Shown piece by piece: positions 1 to 7,761 of a stretch of DNA of 25,383 nucleotides; positions within the stretch are counted from its first letter, which is position 1, and every line of letters begins with the position of its first letter. The notes beneath the pieces are model-generated. The model saw only the letters and a program-made list of their open reading frames with translations, was not told where the DNA came from and did not search any database. The DNA lies in the IMG/VR virus record IMGVR_UViG_3300037423_000845, positions 1-25,383 of that record; one strand, 5' to 3'. The position numbers and the translations under genes were made by a program. The stretch comes from a virus. Its lineage: Duplodnaviria; Caudoviricetes.

Positions 1-644
1 CCGGCGTTGTCGACGGCGGTCCAGAATCCGACGATGCCCAGCGTGGTCGAGTTGACCCTCACCTGGATGTCACCCGTCGCGCCGGCCGGGCTCGCGCCGG
101 AGCTCGGCGTCTGCCAGCTCGCCGCCGCCGCGCCGCTCGCGACGAGCGTCTTGCCGCTCGCGGCGGTGCCGCTGATCGCGACGCCCTGGATCTTCGCGAC
201 GGTCTGGGTCGTAGCGTCGCCGGTGAGATCGCCGCCGGCAGTGAAGCCGGTAAATCCGAACGACCAGCCGGCCAGCGGGAAGCAGACGTACGCGGTGCCG
301 TCCGCATCGCAGCGACCGACGACGCTCGAATCCAGCGTGTTGGTGCGCGCGAGGTAGCCCGCATCGGAGACCTTGACGTACGTCGAGGTGCCTGGACCGA
401 GCAGCGAGCGCGCCGGGGAGACGACGCCGACGAACTGCGCTTCGAAGCCAGATCCGTCGTTGCTCTCCGTGTCGGCCGACGAGAGTGCGAGGCACGCGGC
501 TGGACGTCCTGCGGCCGCGCGATTCGCGAGCGTCGCGACGAGGTACTTATCGCCGGCAGCATTGAGGCACGCGACCTGTCCACTCGAGATGGTTCCCGAG
601 TAGAGGAAGGCCGTCGCGATCCAGCTCTCCTGCTGTGCCGCCAT
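1..644 (-). CDS. Fibre/spike-like virion protein, N-terminal part (runs off the window; absent from the ORF track)
   Basis: Hand translation from ATG at 644 (3 nt after the upstream stop) is open to base 1: MAAQQESWIATAFLYSGTISSGQVACLNAAG...AGGDLTGDATTQTVAKIQGVAISGTAASGKTLVASGAAAASWQTP. The GGDLTG..TVAKIQG..W motif and G/S/T/A-rich composition are typical of phage fibres. Position follows a spike-base gene. Confidence 0.75.
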   Translation of the reverse strand, partial: MAAQQESWIATAFLYSGTISSGQVACLNAAGDKYLVATLANRAAAGRPAACLALSSADTESNDGSGFEAQFVGVVSPARSLLGPGTSTYVKVSDAGYLARTNTLDSSVVGRCDADGTAYVCFPLAGWSFGFTGFTAGGDLTGDATTQTVAKIQGVAISGTAASGKTLVASGAAAASWQTPSSGASPAGATGDIQVRVNSTTLGIVGFWTAVDNA

Positions 645-647
645 CGG

Positions 648-920
648 TCAGATGAGGGCCAGGCCAGCGGCGCTCGATCCGGTCTGGTAGACCTTCGTGA
701 CCTTGAGCGGATAGATGGCGCCAGCAGCGAGGTTCGAGAACGTGACCGCCGTCGTCCCGTCGGCCATGTCGACCTTGAGATTGCCAGCCGTCCCGATGTA
801 GACGCCCCGAACCCTGTACGTCGAGAGGTCCTGGTCGCCAGAGCCATAGCTGATGGCGACGGCGCCGATTGCGGGCTCGTCGGGACTCAGCGGTTGGCGC
901 TGAGTGTATGTATCGGCCAT
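648..920 (-). CDS. Head-spike base protein, RcGTA Rcc01079-like family
   Basis: 90 aa with the pattern PA..A..I...D.DL...R.VYIGT.GNL.V.M.DG...VTF.N..AG.I.P..V..V..TG, recognised from memory as the Rcc01079 family. GGAG Shine-Dalgarno upstream. Confidence 0.8.
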   Translation of the reverse strand: MADTYTQRQPLSPDEPAIGAVAISYGSGDQDLSTYRVRGVYIGTAGNLKVDMADGTTAVTFSNLAAGAIYPLKVTKVYQTGSSAAGLALI

Positions 921-932
921 GTGGCCACTCCG

Positions 933-3536
933 TCAGCGTCGCCCGGGGCCGTGTGCCTCGAGCCGGTCCAATTCCGATCCGCTGGGAGTGGTCGTTGCGC
1001 GCCGCGGTTTTGCTGGTGCGGCGGGAGAGGGCGATTGATCCGAGCGTAGCACGTCCGCGTCGAGGTTCGACTGCAGGAAGGCTTTATGCGCGGGGCGCTG
1101 ATCGGGCGTGGCAGCGAAGTCCAGAAGCTGCCCCAAGAGGAGCCGTTGTCGGTACGGGAGTCGGTTTCCGCGCGCGAGCTGCGTCGTGAGCGCCTCCGAG
1201 GTCTGCGCCTGGAGCTGCTCGAAGGCTCGGGGCATGAGCGCCTGAGCTACCTCGGCGCCCTCGGGCGTGAGCTTGCCGCGCGCGACCTCGGAGAAGAAGC
1301 GGTCGGGCTTCTCGACGTACCACGCGTACCGTCCGAACTCGGAGAGTTCGTTGGCGTTCATGTGTGGCTTCGGATGCGGGTCGAGCGGGTCGGGATCGCC
1401 CTGCGTAGGCACCTTGCTCTGCAGGAACGTCATGGCGCGCACCTGGCGCTGTACGAGGCCGTCTGCGATCTCCGGCGAGTGCGAGCCGATCGCCTCCGTC
1501 TGCTGCGTGGCGTGGTCCACGAACGCGTCTGGATTTGCCTGGAAGGCCGCGACGCGCGCGAGCGCCTTCGTGGCAAGGTTCCTTGGCGGCGGCATGATCT
1601 CGGAGGCTTTGGCCGTTCCCTTTTCGGGAGCGACCAGCAGGCCCTTCGAGGCACGCGCGATCAGGTTGTTGGTCTTCGCGACGAGCTTAGCGAGCGTTCC
1701 GCGTTCGGCGGCGCCGTACAACGCGTTGGCGATCACCATCTTGCCGCGCTCTTTGGCGAGCTTGAACCCGAGCGCGCTCACGAGCGGTACGACGGCGTGC
1801 CCAGATGCGAGGCCCGTCGTAAGACCGATACCTTCACGCAGGCCAAAGAAATTGTTGCCGGCGTATCGCTCCGCTCCGCCCTCCGCCATTTTCTCCGCAG
1901 CGCTCGCGAGTTGCCACTCACGCTTCCAGTAGCGAATGTTGTCGCCGACGCCGGTCTTCCCAGCGGCGACTGCGGATTCGTCGATCGCCTTGATTGTCTG
2001 CGTGTCGAAGTCGCGAAGGAACGCCTTGTACGCATCGCCCGCGTGACCGCTGACCTTGCTGACTTCGTAGGCATTCTTTGCCAGCCCGGAGCGCAGATAG
2101 AAGGCGTCCGCAGCGTCGATGGTGCCGTCTGGCGCGACCTTCCCGGAGAGCTTCAACGCCTCCATTTCACGGCTGACGCGATTCCAGAACGTCTCTGCGC
2201 CGGCAGCGCGAATCGGATCGCGCATCATGTTTTCGGCTTCTTGGCCAGCGCGGGCGAATACGGTGCCCATGTCGACGCGAGCGGGCGTGCCCTTCACCGC
2301 GTCGCTGAGTCCGGTCGAGATGCGGCCCGCCTTGTCGGCCTGGATGACACCCAACAGATCATCGGCCCGGCCGACCTTGCCGACCTGCCAAGCGCTCGCG
2401 TTCTCACCGGCGTGATCCTTTACGATGCGGTTGACGTAGTCTCCGACTGCCGCCTTGGCGCTGGCCTGATCCGCCGCGACGTGCTCGAGCGCGTTGCGCA
2501 TCTGCACCTTGGTGGCACCGAGCGCGTCTGCGGCGAGGTCGTTCGCCATCCGCTTGCCGGCAGCAGTCGCCGCGTTGTTCGAGCCGAATATTGGATTGGA
2601 CGGCTTCGTTGCGTCGAGCGCTTGCCGCGCCGAGATAGCCTCTTCTCTCGTTGCGTTATTGCCAATGAGAGGCGTGACCTCCTCAGCAGCTTTCGTCCCT
2701 TCACGCGCCGCGAGTTCGGTTCCTTCACGAGACACCGCGCGACCGAAGCCGGCGCGCAAACCACTTCCCGCAAGGCTGCCGAGCCCGCCGAGGCCACCTC
2801 CAACCAGGCCGCCGTAAAGTCCGCCCGTGAGCCCATGCGCGGCGATCTTGTCGACCGCGAGATCGTGATCCTGAAGAAGCTGCTCGCCAGCCTCTTCGCC
2901 GGCACCGATGACAGCGCCTTCCGCCGCGCCGCGAGTTCCGATCTTCGCCGCTGCGACGCCGGCTCGACCGAGTACTGATGTACCTTCGATGCCCGCGCGA
3001 GCAAGACCACGCGTTGCGAGATTCTCCGCCGCTCCGCCGACAGGAGCGACGACGCCGGCCGCCGTGCCCATTAGAGCGCCGGCGCCGTGCGCGATCGGGC
3101 TCGCGGCCCTTGCGTCCTCGACACTCTGCGCGTACTTGTCGCCGGCCTCGTGACCAAGCGTCGCGTCGATCCCCTGCCGGACGAGCCCCTGACCGAGGCC
3201 ACCCGTGGCGCCGCTTGTGACGCCTTGCGAATAGGCCGCCGGGATTGAGCCTGGCGCCGCGCCTGCCCCGAACGTAAGCGGATTGAGGTTGAGGACATTC
3301 GCCGCCGTCGCGAGTCCGCCCAGTACCTTCCCGGCTGTTCCGGATTTCTCGTAGCGCTCATCCTCGCCGGCCTGCGCGGCTTCTTGCTGTCGCTCGGAGT
3401 CGACTTCGTCCGCCTCCTTCTTAGACAGAACACGCGAGCCATGAGGCAGGTTCGGGACGTCGGACTCGTCGACGGTTCCAAACTGCCCGTCGCGTAGCAA
3501 TACCGCTACGCGCTTCGGTTTCGGATCGTCGCTCAT
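933..3536 (-). CDS. Large internal virion / DNA-ejection protein (867 aa)
   Basis: Ala/Gly-rich helical protein with glycine-zipper hydrophobic segments (GLTGGLYGGLVGGGLGGLGSLAG; GIGLTTGLASGHAVVPLVSALG). Last of three large genes after the nozzle gene. ATGA overlap with the upstream gene. Confidence 0.7.
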   Translation of the reverse strand: MSDDPKPKRVAVLLRDGQFGTVDESDVPNLPHGSRVLSKKEADEVDSERQQEAAQAGEDERYEKSGTAGKVLGGLATAANVLNLNPLTFGAGAAPGSIPAAYSQGVTSGATGGLGQGLVRQGIDATLGHEAGDKYAQSVEDARAASPIAHGAGALMGTAAGVVAPVGGAAENLATRGLARAGIEGTSVLGRAGVAAAKIGTRGAAEGAVIGAGEEAGEQLLQDHDLAVDKIAAHGLTGGLYGGLVGGGLGGLGSLAGSGLRAGFGRAVSREGTELAAREGTKAAEEVTPLIGNNATREEAISARQALDATKPSNPIFGSNNAATAAGKRMANDLAADALGATKVQMRNALEHVAADQASAKAAVGDYVNRIVKDHAGENASAWQVGKVGRADDLLGVIQADKAGRISTGLSDAVKGTPARVDMGTVFARAGQEAENMMRDPIRAAGAETFWNRVSREMEALKLSGKVAPDGTIDAADAFYLRSGLAKNAYEVSKVSGHAGDAYKAFLRDFDTQTIKAIDESAVAAGKTGVGDNIRYWKREWQLASAAEKMAEGGAERYAGNNFFGLREGIGLTTGLASGHAVVPLVSALGFKLAKERGKMVIANALYGAAERGTLAKLVAKTNNLIARASKGLLVAPEKGTAKASEIMPPPRNLATKALARVAAFQANPDAFVDHATQQTEAIGSHSPEIADGLVQRQVRAMTFLQSKVPTQGDPDPLDPHPKPHMNANELSEFGRYAWYVEKPDRFFSEVARGKLTPEGAEVAQALMPRAFEQLQAQTSEALTTQLARGNRLPYRQRLLLGQLLDFAATPDQRPAHKAFLQSNLDADVLRSDQSPSPAAPAKPRRATTTPSGSELDRLEAHGPGRR

Positions 3537-5209
3537 TTCGAGTAGCCCTTGAACGACTTTGGCACATCGCCGGTACCGACCGGGCCCTGACCAGGCACGT
3601 CCAGGTTTTGCTGACGGTTGAAGGCGTTCACGAGCTCGCGCGCCTCCTCGATTCGCTGCCGCGCGAGCGCGGGGTTGTTCATCGGAAGATTGAACGTCTT
3701 CCGGTACTCGTCGAGCATCGCGACACCGGGCTTACCCTCGTTGTCTTTTGCAATCTTGCCCAGCGCGTTCAGGATCTCCGCGTTGAGGGCATGAATGTGC
3801 TGCGCGTCGGACGCAGCTTTCTTGTCTGCGTATTGACCGACGAGGCCCGCCTTATCAACGGCCGCAGTCTTCAAGCCCAGTCGATTGATGACGGGGTCAT
3901 TGAGCATGCCGTCCATTTGCTTATTGAACGCATCTGCCGCGCGCTGCCCCTGGATGCGATCCATTTCCATTTTGCCGCGCTGCTCTTTCGTGAGCGGAGA
4001 AGCGTCGGGGCCACCTTCGAGCGCGGCCTTATCATGCTGCAGCAGAACCTGCCCGCCGAGCCTCGCCGTCTCCTGGCGATCGGCTTGCGCGTTCTCGAGC
4101 TGCTTCGCGCGGTACGCCTGCGCCTCCTTGTTGTTGTAGACGATGCCCGTTGCCGGATCGAGGAAGTACCTTCCGGCCGCCGTCGCGGGCATAAAGCGGA
4201 TGCCCTGCTGCACCTGCTGCATGCGGGTGTTTTGGAGATCGGCCATCGCCATCAGCGCTTGGTTGCCTGTCTCGTTGCCTTTGTTCTGCGCCGCGACCTG
4301 CGCGAGCTGCGCATTGAGCACGTCGAGGCTTGCGACGCGCGCCGCGGCTCGAGCGGCGTCAGCGTTCTGGTACTTTGCCATCGCAGCACTGAACGCGGTC
4401 TGCTTCGCCTGCGCGGCGTCACGTGCAGCGTAATAGGCGAACTCCTGCGCCTTCACGTCGTCGTCGATGCGCTTCATCACCATCGACGGCGCGTTGCGGA
4501 GGCCGGCGAGCATGAGCTCCGCGAAGCCCGCGATCTTCCCGGCCGTCGAGCGCGACGCCCAGAAGCGATTCGGGTCGACCTGCCCCATGCGCGAGAGCTG
4601 ACGCGACGTCGTGTCAAAGTCGGCTTGGCGCTGCGCGAGTTCCTCCTCCTGCTCGGCAAGCGACTGCTGGTACGCGGCTTCGCGAAGGCGCGCGGCGCGC
4701 TCCTGCGAGACGGCCATGCCGTATTCGTTCGCGGCCTGACCTTCGTTCCGCTCGGCAATGGCGCCGATGGTGCCTTCGACGGCGGCGTTGCGCTGGTCCT
4801 GCGCGGCGAGCAGCGACGGCCCACGCATCTCGACCTCGTGCGCGGGTGCGCCACCGCCCATCGTGGGCATAAGATCGAAGGCGTGAGGGTCGGGGCCCGG
4901 TGTCAGAGGTGCTTCGCCCGGCGGCACGTCGCGCTGAAAGTCGACCGGCTCGCGCGTCACGGGCGACGGCGGACCCATCGGGCCGACCGCAGGTGGTGCA
5001 GCATTGGGCGGAGCGGGGGCCGGCGCCTCCGCCGGAGGCATCGGGCCCATGATAGGCGGTGCCGACGACATGAGTGGCGGAGGCATGCTGGCGACCGGGC
5101 CCGGCGCCACCGCTTCGGGCGGCGGTGCCAATGCGTAGGCGCCTTGCTCGTCGGGCGGCTGGAACGCGGCAGCCGCCACGTCTGCGAGCCACGGGTTAGG
5201 CAGCGGCAT
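3533..5209 (-). CDS. Internal virion / ejection protein (558 aa; start revised to MPLPNPW)
   Basis: TAATG overlap at 5207-5211 supports this start. Pro-rich N-terminus, then Q/A-rich coiled coil containing VDPNRFWASRST. Middle gene of the ejection trio. Confidence 0.7.
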   Translation of the reverse strand: MPLPNPWLADVAAAAFQPPDEQGAYALAPPPEAVAPGPVASMPPPLMSSAPPIMGPMPPAEAPAPAPPNAAPPAVGPMGPPSPVTREPVDFQRDVPPGEAPLTPGPDPHAFDLMPTMGGGAPAHEVEMRGPSLLAAQDQRNAAVEGTIGAIAERNEGQAANEYGMAVSQERAARLREAAYQQSLAEQEEELAQRQADFDTTSRQLSRMGQVDPNRFWASRSTAGKIAGFAELMLAGLRNAPSMVMKRIDDDVKAQEFAYYAARDAAQAKQTAFSAAMAKYQNADAARAAARVASLDVLNAQLAQVAAQNKGNETGNQALMAMADLQNTRMQQVQQGIRFMPATAAGRYFLDPATGIVYNNKEAQAYRAKQLENAQADRQETARLGGQVLLQHDKAALEGGPDASPLTKEQRGKMEMDRIQGQRAADAFNKQMDGMLNDPVINRLGLKTAAVDKAGLVGQYADKKAASDAQHIHALNAEILNALGKIAKDNEGKPGVAMLDEYRKTFNLPMNNPALARQRIEEARELVNAFNRQQNLDVPGQGPVGTGDVPKSFKGYSK

Positions 5210-7761
5210 TACTTGCCCCTCAGGAGATCCCAAAGGGACCGCTTGGGCGCGACCGCTGGACCTCCGCCGCGCTCGGCGCGATTCATCGCAGCGCGCTCCT
5301 CGTCGATGGCTGCCTGCTCCTCGCGAGCCTTACGGGCAGCCTCATCGTCAGCTCCCATGGCCGCCGCCGCGCCGGCCGTACCGGCAGCGTTAGCACCGAG
5401 GATGGCAGCCAGACCTGGCGACGTGATGGGCAAGCCGTATCCGGTCGCGGCCATCAGCGCATACCGCGCCATATCCTTGGCCGCCGAGTTCGTGTTGGCC
5501 GTCTGTTTCTCGGCACGCGTTTGTGCCGAGAACGGTGGGACGAAGTTGTCCCCCTCCCAGTGGCCGGCTTTGGCCGCGTCTGCGCCTCGCGCGTACTGCG
5601 ACTCGTTCGAAAACGTCGGGTGGTTCGGCTTTTTGAAGGTGTCGACCCAGTGCCCGTCCTCACCCGGAGTCGCTCCCGCCTTGAAGGCGCCACGGTAATC
5701 GTAGTCTTCGCCCGAATCGGCCGGCGCGTACTTGGCCTTCCACTGCTGGAAGGCTTTCTCCTCGACCGGAGTGAGCTGCGTGTCGTACTTCCCTGCAGTC
5801 GCAGCGGGCACGCGCGTGGGGGATGTCGCCGTCATCGCGGTTTCTTCGACGGCACGCGCCTTCGCATCGGCAAGGTCGCTGCCCTTGATCGGACCACCGT
5901 CCTCACGGGCACCCGCGATCCCTGGAATCGCGGCGCCTCCCATGGTCGAGCCGCCGGTGATGCCTCCGCCGCCGACCATACCGGGAACCGGCTGACGCTG
6001 CGCGAGGCCAGAGCCGGCGCGAAGCAGATCGGTGTGCGTGATGCCGCCTCCGCCGAACTCGATACCGCCGCCGACGCCGACGCCGGGGCCGTTGAGAGGC
6101 ACGAGTCCGCCCGCGGAGATGGGCCCGCCCATCGCGCGTGCTCCACTGATCTGAATGAGCTGCGGCGGGACGTAATGGCCGCCGCCGCCGTGGTACGCGG
6201 TATCGACGCCCTGCGCTTGCTGCTGCGTGCCCTTGCCCATCTCGGCGAGCGTGTCTTGGAGCATGCGCGAACGGCTCTTCTTCGCCGTCGCCTTCGCCTG
6301 CTTGTTGTCCTCCGACTGACGGTAACGCGCTTCGATCGCAGCATCATCCTCGGCGCGGGACAGGGACTGTCCGTGGCGGTCCTTGTAGTCCGCGTTGAAG
6401 ATCGCATCCTTGTCTCGCGCGTCGATGCCGCTCACCGTGTCGTTGACGCGAGCGGCGGTTGCGTCGATGCCCGAGCGCTGCGCCTTGATGCGCGCATCGA
6501 GGTCGTCGTACGGCGCCATCTGCGCTTCCTGCTCGCGAGCCGACTGCCACGCGAATGTGTTCGGGTCGGGCTGGCCGATGCCCCACGTCGAGATGGGCGC
6601 GGCATAGCCCGCGGGCGCTTGCGCAGGTGGCGGGGCGGCACCGCCCGCTTCCACGGGGCCACCGTCCGCGCGGGCGCCGCCGAGGAAACTCGCGAGCGAG
6701 GCGCCGCGAGCCTGCTCGTGACCGCGCCGGTAGAGTCCGTTCACCGCATCGGCGGGAGAGCTGGCGAGCGCCGCGCGGGTCTGGTCCGCGGTGAGCACGT
6801 AACCGTCGTGCCGAGGGACGATAAGTTCGGGCCCCTGCTCGCCGACGAGGTACGGCTTGCCTTCGGAGGTAGGTCCACCCTTCGCCTTTGCGAGAACGCC
6901 GGCCGCGCCGCCCGCGGCGCTCTGCGCCATGCCGAGCACGTTCATCGTGTTCGCCTGGTTCATCGCCGCATTCTGACCGCCGACGCCCGCGTTGATTCCC
7001 TGCGCGCCGAGCGTGTTCGCGCTCTGCTGTCCCTGCTGGTTCATCTTCGCGGCGAGCTGCGTGGTGCGCACCTGGTTCGCCATCGCGTCGTAGTTCTGCT
7101 GGTACGCGTCGTTCGCGTTGCGGTTCTGGAGCTGCAGGCCCGCGTTGAACTGGTTCTGCTGCGCCGAGTTGGCGGCTTGGAACTGCGCCTGGCTGGCAGC
7201 CTGCCCCTGGCTCCCGAGATCGCCACCGCGCATCGCCCCGTACATGCTCGCGGCCGCGTTGGTGTCATCGCGGCGCTCGCCGGCCGCGTTAATCTGCGCC
7301 TGGCCGCTGATGTCGCTCGCCGCGTTCGCCATGTTGAACGCCGCGTTGCGCTGCGCTGCCGCGAGACCGCCTGCGCCGCGCGCACTGCCTGCGAGGCTCG
7401 CCTGTTGCGATTGCGCCTGCTGCATCTGCCGGTCGGCTTGCTGCTGCGCGATACTCGGACCGGCGAGCCCCTGCGCGCGCTGGCTCATCAGGTTGGCGAG
7501 CGTGTTCTGTCCCTGCCGCGCCTGCTGCCCCTGCGCTGCCGCCGCGTTGGCATCCGCGTAATCTGCGACGGTCGTGGCGGCCTGCGGTGCCGTACGTCCT
7601 TGCGCAACCGCGCCCTGCGCAGCGTAGCCGTTTGCTGCCGCTTCGGCGCCACCCTGTCGCCCGCCATAATTGTAGGCGTTCGAGTTGACCTGATAGCCGC
7701 CCGCGCGCTCCTTGTTTTTGGAGTCGAAGATGTTGTCGGTGATCCAGTCGCCGATGCCCAT
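5209..7761 (-). CDS. Internal virion / DNA pilot-like protein with repeated GGP motifs (850 aa)
   Basis: Q/A/N/G-rich N-terminal ~290 aa as in pilot/ejection proteins; AKGGPTSEGKPYLVGEQGPELIVP motif; C-terminal DYDYRGAFK..GHWVDTFKKPNHPTFS domain. TAATG overlap with the upstream gene. Confidence 0.7.
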   Translation of the reverse strand: MGIGDWITDNIFDSKNKERAGGYQVNSNAYNYGGRQGGAEAAANGYAAQGAVAQGRTAPQAATTVADYADANAAAAQGQQARQGQNTLANLMSQRAQGLAGPSIAQQQADRQMQQAQSQQASLAGSARGAGGLAAAQRNAAFNMANAASDISGQAQINAAGERRDDTNAAASMYGAMRGGDLGSQGQAASQAQFQAANSAQQNQFNAGLQLQNRNANDAYQQNYDAMANQVRTTQLAAKMNQQGQQSANTLGAQGINAGVGGQNAAMNQANTMNVLGMAQSAAGGAAGVLAKAKGGPTSEGKPYLVGEQGPELIVPRHDGYVLTADQTRAALASSPADAVNGLYRRGHEQARGASLASFLGGARADGGPVEAGGAAPPPAQAPAGYAAPISTWGIGQPDPNTFAWQSAREQEAQMAPYDDLDARIKAQRSGIDATAARVNDTVSGIDARDKDAIFNADYKDRHGQSLSRAEDDAAIEARYRQSEDNKQAKATAKKSRSRMLQDTLAEMGKGTQQQAQGVDTAYHGGGGHYVPPQLIQISGARAMGGPISAGGLVPLNGPGVGVGGGIEFGGGGITHTDLLRAGSGLAQRQPVPGMVGGGGITGGSTMGGAAIPGIAGAREDGGPIKGSDLADAKARAVEETAMTATSPTRVPAATAGKYDTQLTPVEEKAFQQWKAKYAPADSGEDYDYRGAFKAGATPGEDGHWVDTFKKPNHPTFSNESQYARGADAAKAGHWEGDNFVPPFSAQTRAEKQTANTNSAAKDMARYALMAATGYGLPITSPGLAAILGANAAGTAGAAAAMGADDEAARKAREEQAAIDEERAAMNRAERGGGPAVAPKRSLWDLLRGK

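Noticed and set aside
1-920. Diversity-generating retroelement targeting the fibre
   Set aside because: No reverse transcriptase or template/variable repeat pair is visible in this window. It cannot be excluded beyond the left edge.
4960-5160. Pro-rich repeats (also the portal C-terminus at about 15313-15430) as a DNA repeat element
   Set aside because: These are protein-level low-complexity tails with no exact nucleotide periodicity, common in such virion proteins.
5209-7761. Calling the 850-aa protein a siphoviral tape-measure protein
   Set aside because: The TMP-like motif is internal, and there are no tail tube, tail chaperone or distal tail genes. The adaptor-nozzle-three large genes order fits a short-tailed phage.
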